Source: Candidatus Latescibacterota bacterium (lineage in GTDB: Bacteria; Latescibacterota; UBA2968; GCA-2709665). From it: a stretch of DNA of 64,000 nt. Below are positions 55,367-64,000 of this stretch, one piece after another. The stretch's first letter is position 1. Each line of letters opens with the position of its first letter. Under the pieces are notes generated by a model. It worked only from the letters and a program-made list of their open reading frames with translations. It ran no database searches and had not been told where the DNA came from. The stretch covers positions 5,664,001 to 5,728,000 of the forward strand of contig OZ244744.1 of the NCBI GenBank assembly GCA_965219455.1. The letters run 5' to 3'. A program made the position numbers and the translations under genes.

Positions 55367-55444
55367 TGCTTTTAAATTGAACCTTTCATACACCACACCC
55401 GGCCCTCGCCGACGGAATTGGCGCACTGGGCCTTTCCGGCTACG

Positions 55445-56566
55445 ATGTCCAAAGATATATTAGACTGGTTGACGCTTCATTCGGTCTCCGGGCTGGGACC
55501 TGTCGCGTTTACCGCATTGATAACTCATTTTTGCAGCCCGGGAGCCGTCTTAGGGGCAACCCGCGCCCGTCTGTGCGCGGTGCCTGGCATTGGTCCCGAA
55601 CTTGCCGGTGCCATCCATACGGCACACGACCCGTCCTGGGCTGAAGAACAGCTGCGACGGGCCGAGGACGCACGAGTTCACCTGCTGACTCTGCAGTGCC
55701 CCGACTATCCAGTTTATCTTCGACAAACCTACGCCCCGCCACCCATCCTGTATGTGCTTGGAAACATCGACGCGTGTGCGCTTCCCACCGTTGCGATCGT
55801 CGGCTCCCGTTCATTCACATCCTACGGGCGAGATATCGCCTATCAGATTTCGGGAGAACTGGTTCGGCGCGGAATTACCGTGGTCAGCGGGCTGGCCACC
55901 GGCATCGATACTCATGCCCACCGGGGAGCGCTTGCCGAACGTGGATACACCGTCGCCGTACTGGGTAGTGGATTGGACAGACCATATCCACCTCAAAACA
56001 AAGACCTGTTCCACGTTATCAGCGAGACCGGCGCCACCCTTTCCGAATTCCCGATGGGCGCATCCGCCGAAGCCCACAACTTTCCTCGTCGCAACAGAAT
56101 TATCAGCGGCCTCAGCCTGGGAGTGGTGGTTATCGAAGCAGGGGATCGCAGTGGCGCACTGATTACCGCCCGGCTGGCGCTGGAACAGAATCGGGAGGTC
56201 TTCGCCATTCCCGGTCCGGTTCATTCGGGCCGAAGCCGAGGCACAAACCGGCTGATCAGACAGGGCGCCGTTCTGGTACAATCGGTCGAGGACATTCTGG
56301 ATGAACTTCGTCCACACCTGACGCAACTCCGTCCACCATATGTCCGCCAGCACCTGGCGGCAGAGCCCGCAGAACTCTCGAAACCGGAACGTCAAGTCTT
56401 TGAGTGCCTGTCGGCCGACGTGCCGTCCCACATCGATGCCATTGCCGACCGTGCGGGTATGCCAACCGCCAGCGCGCTTTCGGTACTGCTAGGTCTGGAA
56501 CTGGCCGGCATTGCGGAGCAGCTACCCGGCAAACGCTTCATTCGGAAGCTGGTTCGAACCGGATAA
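55445..56566 (+). CDS. dprA: DNA processing protein DprA
   Basis: VAIVGSR, VSGLATGID, SEFP..FPRRNRIISG, SGALITA, GTNRLIRQGA, C-terminal winged helix. Confidence 0.95.
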   Translation: MSKDILDWLTLHSVSGLGPVAFTALITHFCSPGAVLGATRARLCAVPGIGPELAGAIHTAHDPSWAEEQLRRAEDARVHLLTLQCPDYPVYLRQTYAPPPILYVLGNIDACALPTVAIVGSRSFTSYGRDIAYQISGELVRRGITVVSGLATGIDTHAHRGALAERGYTVAVLGSGLDRPYPPQNKDLFHVISETGATLSEFPMGASAEAHNFPRRNRIISGLSLGVVVIEAGDRSGALITARLALEQNREVFAIPGPVHSGRSRGTNRLIRQGAVLVQSVEDILDELRPHLTQLRPPYVRQHLAAEPAELSKPERQVFECLSADVPSHIDAIADRAGMPTASALSVLLGLELAGIAEQLPGKRFIRKLVRTG

Positions 56567-56692
56567 GGCAAGGCGCCAAAAAAAGATACACGACATTGGG
56601 TTGTTTGACCCCGCCGGATGCATCCCGCCGAAGAAACGTCGAGATCCGGGAATAGAATGCGCAACGCGCCGTGAATCGACCGAACCTCAACC

Positions 56693-56718
56693 AAAAACCC
56701 CCTCGAAAATCAAGGGGG
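56693..56718 (-). terminator. Putative lexA terminator
   Basis: Minus strand CCCCCTTGA-TTT-TCGAGGGGG followed by T5. Confidence 0.5.
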
Positions 56719-56747
56719 GCGGAATCCTCGGACCTTTGCGTATTGCC

Positions 56748-57377
56748 TCAGAATCGACGCATCAGGCCCACAATTTTGCCTGCGATGCGGAACTCGTCCC
56801 GGACCGGATGCACGACGATGGTTTCGAACGCTTCGTTTTCGGGGCTGAGCCGTACCCGCCCTGCCTCCGGAAAATACCGCTTCACGGTCGCCTCCTCCCC
56901 AATTACCGCCACCACAATTTCACCCGGGCTCGCCGTTTCCTGCTGCCGTGCCAGCACATAGTCTCCATCCAGAATGCCCGCATCGCGCATGCTCTCACCC
57001 TTGACCCGAAGAACGAAAACGTCCTCCGACGGCAAAAAAGAACGATCCACAGCCACCGTGCCCTCGACGTTTTCAGTCGCCAGGATAGGCTCCCCGGCAG
57101 CCACCCGCCCAATAACCGGCACCTCTCGGGACTCGGATGCCCCGGGAATGTCGCGTACCAAATAGTCCGTAAGCTCGATCCCTCGGGACACCATGGGACG
57201 TCGCCGGATATAACCCTTTTTCTCGAGGGCGGCCAGGGTGGTTCGCACGCCGTTCGTGGAGGCGATGTTGAAGGCATCCATGGTCTCCCGAATTGTTGGA
57301 GGAGCGCCACCATCTCGGATCGTCCGGGCGATAAAATCGTAAATGTCCCTCTGTCTGTCCGTTAATTTCTGACGCAT
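56748..57377 (-). CDS. lexA: SOS repressor LexA
   Basis: LTDRQRDIYDFI..PPTIRE, GRVAAG cleavage site, GESMRDAGI (Ser), EATVKR (Lys); GAGGAG RBS. Confidence 0.96.
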   Translation of the reverse strand: MRQKLTDRQRDIYDFIARTIRDGGAPPTIRETMDAFNIASTNGVRTTLAALEKKGYIRRRPMVSRGIELTDYLVRDIPGASESREVPVIGRVAAGEPILATENVEGTVAVDRSFLPSEDVFVLRVKGESMRDAGILDGDYVLARQQETASPGEIVVAVIGEEATVKRYFPEAGRVRLSPENEAFETIVVHPVRDEFRIAGKIVGLMRRF

Positions 57378-57475
57378 CGCGCATCTCCTCAATAACCAAC
57401 GGACTGCTATGGATACATAACGAACCCGTCCTGCTCACTACGGAACAGGCTACAAACGACAGCACTGCTCATTTG

Positions 57476-57504
57476 AATATAGTGAACATTAGTTCATTCG
57501 TCAA
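57476..57504 (-). promoter_or_regulatory. lexA promoter with SOS box in the spacer
   Basis: TTGACG-N17-TATATT on the minus strand; TGAAC-ATTA-GTTCA at 57483-57496. Confidence 0.75.
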
Positions 57505-57705
57505 CACCTGTTTTGTATGGTGCGACACAATGCCCCACTGCAAACGAGTCCTATACGTCATTGAACGCAAACCGGTCAAGAATACCTATTGCAACTCCCT
57601 GCAAAACCTATATTTAGTTAAATCACAAAGTGCTTGACAGGTGTGCCGAGTTACTTATATTTGTCCATTCGGTGTATCGAACCTTTCGGTAAAGGGCGGC
57701 GTCAC

Positions 57706-58674
57706 GTGAAGTCTTTGCGTTATTCAGACTGGTCCCTGTTCGGATGGCACGGGCTCAACCTCCGGGTGCCTTTGGAGTGGAATCCCGGCAAGATAACCGG
57801 CGACTACAAAGCCGGCAGCGTCCGCCTGGACGATCCCACGTTAGCCAGGCTGGAGATCGAGTGGAAAGATGCCCGTGGCGACAAGAGAGTCGCACCGATT
57901 GTGGATCGCTATGTTGATGGACTCGCCCAAAGCGCCCACAAGGAAAAGAAAATCCTCGACGTCGAACGCAATACCGACGCGAGCTGGCTTGAACTGCCGG
58001 ATGCCTGTTCGCCAGTCTTTTTCGGCTGGCAAGCCGAGTACCGAATCCACGCACTGGCGTTCTACAGCATGTCGTCCGACCGACTCTTTTTCGTCAAAAT
58101 CAGGACGAAACTGGACGAGGACGCCGGGGTCAATATCAAGCGAATTCTGAATTCTATTCGGGATACCGCACCCGACAATGACCGGACGTGGGCGCTATAC
58201 GATCTCGTGTGTTCATCGCCCCCTCAGTTCTCTCTGGAAACCTACGACCTCAAATCCGGTCACCTTCGGCTCTGTTTTCAGCACGGACAGACTATTCTTC
58301 AGGTCGACCGGCTCAGCCTTGCCGAAGTGCTCCTAAAGAAGCGCACCCTACTGGACTGGTACCAGGAATTCTTCCGTAAGAACCTGCGTCAAGTCAATCT
58401 GGACTCCCAGGAGACCAGCGTCGGGGACCACTGTGGTCTGACCGTCCGCGGAAAACCCAAGAGCCGCTGGCGGGGGCTGCTGATGCCTCTGCCGTTCTGG
58501 AATGCCAGACCGCGTTTGAATATGGAAGCCCGCGTCTGGACCTGTAACCACGTCAACAAGATTTACGCAGTTCACACATACTACAAAAAGCAGAAGGATG
58601 CGCCGGACATTGAAAATGCCCGGCGCGCCGTTGTCTGCCACCGGGAATCCGTCCCGGATGGTGGAAAAGCCTGA
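57706..58674 (+). CDS. Hypothetical protein (partner of the PqqD-like gene)
   Basis: Long ORF, GTG start, TTGACA-N16-TATATT at 57634; FGWHG..VPLEWNPG..G motif. Confidence 0.7.
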   Translation: MKSLRYSDWSLFGWHGLNLRVPLEWNPGKITGDYKAGSVRLDDPTLARLEIEWKDARGDKRVAPIVDRYVDGLAQSAHKEKKILDVERNTDASWLELPDACSPVFFGWQAEYRIHALAFYSMSSDRLFFVKIRTKLDEDAGVNIKRILNSIRDTAPDNDRTWALYDLVCSSPPQFSLETYDLKSGHLRLCFQHGQTILQVDRLSLAEVLLKKRTLLDWYQEFFRKNLRQVNLDSQETSVGDHCGLTVRGKPKSRWRGLLMPLPFWNARPRLNMEARVWTCNHVNKIYAVHTYYKKQKDAPDIENARRAVVCHRESVPDGGKA

Positions 58675-58713
58675 CGTCCGGCCCGCCCGTATCCCTGAAC
58701 CGCAGGAAGCCAA

Positions 58714-59139
58714 ATGTCCTTGTTTTCCTTAAAAAGACAACCCAAGATCAGCCGAGAGGCGATGTTCAACTCCAAACCGACGCGGAACAGCCAGTTGGAA
58801 TGGAAAACGAACAAAGACGACGAAGTGACCATTTCACTGAAACGCGCAGATACCACCAAAGTGAAGATCCTTTCCAAAATCTTCTGGGTGCCCGAGAAAC
58901 GAACGCTGGTACTGGATGAAATCGGCTCTCAGGTCTGGGAGATGTGCGACGGGCGCACGACGGTGGGCGCAATGATAAAACGTCTGTGCGAAACCCACAA
59001 GCTCAACGCAAAGGAAGCTGAAATTTCTCTTTTGAGCTACCTGAGAACACTGGGACGCAAAAATCTGCTCGGGTTTCTGGTGGAGAAAAGCGATCTTCGG
59101 AAAAAGAAGAGACGCGCAAGCGGAAAGGCCTGGAAATAG
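58714..59139 (+). CDS. PqqD/RRE-family protein
   Basis: LVLDEIGSQVWEMCDGRTTVGAMIKRL..AEISLLSYLRTLGRKNLL. Confidence 0.82.
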   Translation: MSLFSLKRQPKISREAMFNSKPTRNSQLEWKTNKDDEVTISLKRADTTKVKILSKIFWVPEKRTLVLDEIGSQVWEMCDGRTTVGAMIKRLCETHKLNAKEAEISLLSYLRTLGRKNLLGFLVEKSDLRKKKRRASGKAWK

Positions 59140-59162
59140 ATATGAATTCGCCGTCCCAACCG

Positions 59163-59199
59163 AAGAAGGCCCCGCGATGCAACACCGCGGGGCCTTCTT
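59163..59199. terminator. Bidirectional terminator
   Basis: AAGAAGGCCCCGCG-N9-CGCGGGGCCTTCTT between convergent genes. Confidence 0.8.
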
Positions 59200-59285
59200 A
59201 ATGTCTACCCTGAAACAACCTTTCCGTATCGAGTCTCACGCAATCTGGCGCATCTTGGTACCTTCCGCCAGATCCTTACTTGCGT

Positions 59286-60815
59286 TTACCGCATCAATGC
59301 CCGAACTGCTCCATTTTCGTTTAAAAAGATCGCGGTAGACGTTTCGGCCAAATCGGCCAGCGGTGCCCAATAGACGCCAAACAGCACCGTGCCGGCAAAC
59401 AACACCGCCAGGGTGGCTGTGGCGAACCGGGAAATAACGACCGGTGTATCCGAAAGGGGCTTCTCCAGGTACATAGCGCGCACGACCCTTGCATAATAAT
59501 ACAAAGAAACAGCGCTGTTTAACGCACCCACCACCGCCAGCCAGTATAACCCACCATCTACCACGGCGGCAAACAGATACACCTTTCCTATAAACCCTGC
59601 TGTCGGCGGCAATCCCGTGAGCGAAAAGAGAAACGCAGACATCGCCAGCGCGATCCATGGCGACCGCCAACCCAGCCCCCTGTAATCCTCAATGTCCTCA
59701 CTGCCGATACTTTCGGCCAACAGCAACACAACCAGAAATGCACCCAGATTCATAAAAAGATACGCGCCAGTATAAAACATCACTGCTTTCAATCCCGCAG
59801 ACGACAACATCACCACGCCCATCATCATATATCCCGCGTGGGCAATGCTGGAGTACGCCAGCAGTCTCTTCAGGTTGCGCTGCCAGATGGCCGTCAGATT
59901 GCCCAGCGTCATCGTAAAGGCCGAAATGAGGGCAAGCAACTGCGGCCATGCCACACCCAGCGTGGTACCCGTACCCGAAGTGCCATCGTAGGCGGATAAG
60001 CCCACATAGAAGAACCGCGCCAGCATGGCGAAACCGACCGCCTTGGGTGCGACCGATAAGAACGCCGTCACGGGTGTAGGCGCACCCTCGTAGACGTCAG
60101 GACACCAGAAATGAAATGGAACCGAAGCCACCTTGTAGCCAAAGCCTGCCATCGCGAGCGTCGCACCAAGAAACAACGTCATTTCGTACGGCGCGGTGGT
60201 CCCCAGGCGGGCCGCAATCCCGTAGATGTCCAGCGTCCCCGTCAATCCGTAGATCAAGGAAAATCCATACAGCATGATGCCGGAAGACACCCCGCCGTAT
60301 ACCACGTATTTCAGCGCAGCCTCGTTGGATCGCCGGACCCGTTTTTGATAGCCCGCAAGCACAAAGGACGGCAGGCTGACCAACTCGAGCGCAAGGTACA
60401 TCATCAACAAATTCGTCGCGCCCGCCATCAAAAAGCCGCCCAATGCGACCGAAAGAAAGAGCGCGTAGAATTCACCGATGCGGTCCGCGTCGATGTCCCG
60501 CGACTGCAAACCGAACAGGGTGACCACGAGGGTTGCGATCACAATCAGAAGTTTGAAGAACAGGGCAAAACCATCCAAGGCGATCATGCCCATGAACAAC
60601 GACCTGGGCGGCTCATCGTACAATCCGGCGATCGAAAACAGGCATGCCACAAGCACCAGAAGCGAGATGCCCGTCAACAATGCCTTCTTCTTTCCGGTCA
60701 GGATCAAATCGACGGTCACAATACCTAAAATTGCAGCCGTGATGATGATCTCCGGCCAGATGTATTGCAGCCCGTCCAGATTCACTGCGACCGCGTTTTT
60801 AATGGCCTCGGCCAA
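59286..60815 (-). CDS. nuoN: NADH-quinone oxidoreductase subunit N
   Basis: SNEAALKY, KVASVPFHFWCPDVYEGAPTP, KRLLAYSSIAHAGY. Confidence 0.95.
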   Translation of the reverse strand: MAEAIKNAVAVNLDGLQYIWPEIIITAAILGIVTVDLILTGKKKALLTGISLLVLVACLFSIAGLYDEPPRSLFMGMIALDGFALFFKLLIVIATLVVTLFGLQSRDIDADRIGEFYALFLSVALGGFLMAGATNLLMMYLALELVSLPSFVLAGYQKRVRRSNEAALKYVVYGGVSSGIMLYGFSLIYGLTGTLDIYGIAARLGTTAPYEMTLFLGATLAMAGFGYKVASVPFHFWCPDVYEGAPTPVTAFLSVAPKAVGFAMLARFFYVGLSAYDGTSGTGTTLGVAWPQLLALISAFTMTLGNLTAIWQRNLKRLLAYSSIAHAGYMMMGVVMLSSAGLKAVMFYTGAYLFMNLGAFLVVLLLAESIGSEDIEDYRGLGWRSPWIALAMSAFLFSLTGLPPTAGFIGKVYLFAAVVDGGLYWLAVVGALNSAVSLYYYARVVRAMYLEKPLSDTPVVISRFATATLAVLFAGTVLFGVYWAPLADLAETSTAIFLNENGAVRALMR

Positions 60816-60889
60816 AATGTCGTTCCTTCCATCCGTGATGGGCTCGAATCGCGTTGAAGCCCGGCAGAATCGGACTGTCTATCTCGCGT

Positions 60890-62467
60890 TTATCGCTGTA
60901 ACGCGGACATAACCGGCCCGTTAAGATCCTTTACGAGCTCTCCGAGAGACTGCGCCAGCAGGTCCAGCACGGGCGCGGGATAAATGCCCAGAACGATGAC
61001 AATGACCGCCAGCGGCGCCAGGCAGAAGATCTCGCGACCGTTAATCTCGGGCAGGTCCCGCCACCTTTCGTTAAACGGCCCCATGAACAGTCGCTGAAAG
61101 GCCCAGAGCATGTATGCCGCACCCAGAAGCACCCCCAACGTGCCCAGGATTGTCATCGTGCGATGGACCTGGAAGGCACCCAGGAAACATAGCGCTTCGC
61201 TGATAAACCCTGAAAGCCCCGGCAACCCCAATGCGGCAAAATAAGCCACCATCGTCAGACTGCCGTATACCGGCATGTGCGACCATAATCCGCCAAATCC
61301 CAGTTTTCCGCGCAAATCCGGATCTTCGTAATCATTGGGATAGACAATATACCGGTGGTGGGCCCGGTCGTAAATGACGCCCACCAGAAGAAACAACATC
61401 GCCGTGATGGTGCCGTGGTTGAACATCTGAAATACCGCCCCGTTGATTCCATGAGGCGTAAACGACGACATGCCAAGCATCACAAAACCCATATGACTGA
61501 TACTGGAGTACGCCACCAATTTCTTCAAATCGGTCTGCGCCATTGCAACAAGTGCGCCATAGATGATGTTAATGACCCCGATCACGGCCAGAAAATAGCT
61601 GAAATCGCGTGTCACGTCGGGCAACATAGGGTAATTGAACCTCAAAATACCGTAAGTGCCCATTTTAAGCAGCACGCCGGCCAGAATCACACTGATGGCC
61701 GTAGGCGCTTCGACATGCGCGTCGGGAAGCCAGGTGTGGAATGGAAACAGGGGCACCTTTATGGCGAAACCGATAAACATGGCAAACCAGATCATTACTG
61801 GAGCCGAGTAACCGAAAATCATCCCGGCCCGCAGCCAATCGGAGTGGTTGGCCTGATCCATCATCACCAGCATATTGAACGTATGTTTGCCCGTATCCGG
61901 ATCGGTTACATTGAAGTAAAGCGCCAACATCGCCAGCAATAACAATACGCTCCCCGCCAATGTAAACAGGAAGAACTTAATGGCGGCATACTCCTTTCGA
62001 GGACCTCCCCAGATCCCGATCAGGAAATACATCGGCAACAGCATCACTTCCCAGAACACGTAGAACAGAAAAAAATCAAGGGACACGAACACACCCTGCA
62101 TGCCGGTCTCAAGCAGCAGAAACAGCGCGAAATATCCCTTCACGCCACGGTTGATGGACCAGGAGGCGGGAACGCACAGGAAACCCAGCAGCGCCGTCAA
62201 CAGCACCATCGAAACGCTCAGGCCGTCTATGCCCATATAATAGTGGATGTTGAACGACTCGATCCAGGGTAGCCGCACTTCGTATTGCATATCGGGCACG
62301 GACCGATTGAAATCCTGAAACAACCAGATCGCCAGCAGAAGGCAGAGCCCGGTTGCAGCCAGCGCAACCCGGCGGATCGCATGGACCGCCCTGCCCGGCA
62401 ACAGCAGAATCACTACGGCACCCAGAACTGGAATAAACGTTAAAAGCGTTAGAATCCATTGAGCCAT
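60890..62467 (-). CDS. nuoM: NADH-quinone oxidoreductase subunit M
   Basis: GIDGLS, FYVFWEVMLLPMY, PFHTWLPDAHVEAPT, KKLVAYSSISHMG. Confidence 0.95.
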   Translation of the reverse strand: MAQWILTLLTFIPVLGAVVILLLPGRAVHAIRRVALAATGLCLLLAIWLFQDFNRSVPDMQYEVRLPWIESFNIHYYMGIDGLSVSMVLLTALLGFLCVPASWSINRGVKGYFALFLLLETGMQGVFVSLDFFLFYVFWEVMLLPMYFLIGIWGGPRKEYAAIKFFLFTLAGSVLLLLAMLALYFNVTDPDTGKHTFNMLVMMDQANHSDWLRAGMIFGYSAPVMIWFAMFIGFAIKVPLFPFHTWLPDAHVEAPTAISVILAGVLLKMGTYGILRFNYPMLPDVTRDFSYFLAVIGVINIIYGALVAMAQTDLKKLVAYSSISHMGFVMLGMSSFTPHGINGAVFQMFNHGTITAMLFLLVGVIYDRAHHRYIVYPNDYEDPDLRGKLGFGGLWSHMPVYGSLTMVAYFAALGLPGLSGFISEALCFLGAFQVHRTMTILGTLGVLLGAAYMLWAFQRLFMGPFNERWRDLPEINGREIFCLAPLAVIVIVLGIYPAPVLDLLAQSLGELVKDLNGPVMSALQR

Positions 62468-62572
62468 CTTTCGGCTACCTCCCTCAACAATGTCGCAACG
62501 CAAATGACGGACGGCAGACCGGCCCGCCTTGTATCAATTGACTGTGATATCCGTCGAATCACTACCGGGATT

Positions 62573-64000
62573 TCAAGCAACCATCAATCGGATCACCATA
62601 AGGACCAGGATGCCCGCCATCACCAGAACAACGTAGGTCTGAAGGCGTCCCGTCTGAATGTGTCTGAGTCCGGCGCCGGCCCACCTGATCACCCCGGCAA
62701 CGGCGTTCACGAGCCCGTCGACCACCCATTCGTCGAACAGTCGGTCGATGAATGAAATACCCCGGGTCGCCGTGGCTGACAGATTCACGAGACCGTCCAC
62801 AATGTAAGCGTCGAACCAGTTCAACGCCGTTCGCCCGACCATTACGGCGCGGACAAAACTGGCTTCGTATATTTCATCGAAATACCACTTCCGGTTCAAC
62901 GTGTGGAAGAACCCACCCGACTGAAGCGATACTTCCTCCAAAGCGATCATTTCCTCCCGCCGATTATAGTACCGCCGATAGGCCGTATAGATGCCCGCGC
63001 CGGCAACCAGTAAAGACAGGATCATCGCCGGGTAGTGCGCCGTGTGCGCCGCGTCGTTTTCCGCACCGGCCGCATAAACCTCAACCTCGGTTCCCAAGGG
63101 CAACCCTTCGCCGTTGGCCGCAAGCAGGCCCGCTTCAGGCGCCTTCACGAGATGGTGAAACCAGCCCTCTCCGCCAAGTGGGTTCCAGGCATAGAAGATC
63201 CAGATACTCAGCACCGCCAGCACAATCAGCGGAACCGTCATCACTCCCGGGGATTCGTGGGCGTATTCGAGGAGGGACTTCTCCTTCGGCTTTCCGTAGA
63301 ACGTAAGAAAGATCAGCCGGAACATGTAATAGGCCGTTAAACCAGCGGCGGCAAACCCGAGAAGGGGCAGGAGGAAATGCACCGGACGGGAGAATCCGCC
63401 GAATCCCAGCGCAGCGGCCAGTATTGCGTCTTTGCTGAGAAATCCGGACGTTAACGGTACCCCCGCCAGGGCCACGGTCGCAACAAGAAAGGTCCAGAAA
63501 GTCAGCGGCATTTTCGCTCGCAGCCCGCCCATATTTCGCATATCCTGCGGGTCGTTGTCGTTATGTGTCGCGTGGAACGCATGCTCCACCGCATGGATCA
63601 CGCTGCCCGATCCGAGGAAGAGGCATGCCTTGAAAGCCGCGTGTGTCATCAGGTGAAAAAATCCCGCCGCGTAGGCGCCTACGCCCAAACCCATGATCAT
63701 ATATCCCAACTGGCTGATAGTCGAATAGGCCAGAACGCGCTTGATGTCGTACTGGGCCACGGCGATGGTTGCACCCAGAATTGCAGTAATCGCTCCGATG
63801 TAGGCGATCACCAACAGGGCGTCGGGCGTCAGGATCGGGAACATCCTCGTTACCATATACACACCGGCGGCAACCATAGTAGCGGCATGGATCAGCGCGC
63901 TGACGGGTGTCGGACCTTCCATAGCGTCCGGCAACCAGACATGCAGCGGAAACTGCGCCGACTTGCCCACCGCGCCACAGAACAGACACAGGCCCGCAAT
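62573..64000 (-). CDS. nuoL: NADH-quinone oxidoreductase subunit L (5' part outside window)
   Basis: GKSAQFPLHVWLPDAMEGPTPVSALIHAATMV, HAAFKACLFLGSGSVIH. Confidence 0.95.
   Translation of the reverse strand: MAGLCLFCGAVGKSAQFPLHVWLPDAMEGPTPVSALIHAATMVAAGVYMVTRMFPILTPDALLVIAYIGAITAILGATIAVAQYDIKRVLAYSTISQLGYMIMGLGVGAYAAGFFHLMTHAAFKACLFLGSGSVIHAVEHAFHATHNDNDPQDMRNMGGLRAKMPLTFWTFLVATVALAGVPLTSGFLSKDAILAAALGFGGFSRPVHFLLPLLGFAAAGLTAYYMFRLIFLTFYGKPKEKSLLEYAHESPGVMTVPLIVLAVLSIWIFYAWNPLGGEGWFHHLVKAPEAGLLAANGEGLPLGTEVEVYAAGAENDAAHTAHYPAMILSLLVAGAGIYTAYRRYYNRREEMIALEEVSLQSGGFFHTLNRKWYFDEIYEASFVRAVMVGRTALNWFDAYIVDGLVNLSATATRGISFIDRLFDEWVVDGLVNAVAGVIRWAGAGLRHIQTGRLQTYVVLVMAGILVLMVIRLMVA

Overview
GC-rich bacterial chromosomal window. 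An SprA-type barrel and dockerin/EF-hand-like N-terminal modules suggest an FCB-related lineage such as Latescibacterota (inference). 1-9 kb: accessory region with a decayed RAYT transposase, several REP-like repeat families, a UPF0175/DUF3368 toxin-antitoxin (TA) pair, a probable UxxC selenoprotein split by an in-frame TGA, a TonB-dependent receptor with a structured leader, a MITE and a CreD-like gene. 9.2-25.6 kb: a type I restriction-modification (RM) operon (HTH-fused hsdM, hsdS, hsdR, M48/YgjP) that carries internal cargo: a MITE, a clan AA aspartic protease, a 2039-aa nuclease-STAND NTPase (Avs-like), duplicated MNT/HEPN genes and intact and decayed TA genes. 25.8-64 kb: mostly core genes: two heparinase II/III paralogs, nrdR-nrdJ with NrdR boxes, a tetraheme cytochrome, tRNA-His/Arg, a probable selenocysteine-containing outer-membrane barrel with a beta-propeller lipoprotein, nth-like, TetR, HD hydrolase, M23, lptFG, sprA-comEA-pilM-like-coaD, obgE, dprA, lexA with a GAAC-N4-GTTC box, an orphan PqqD pair and nuoLMN. 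Best novelty candidates: the Sec-recoded outer-membrane barrel system, the Avs-like gene nested in the RM operon, and the TonB leader RNA. All calls come from reading motifs; no searches were run.
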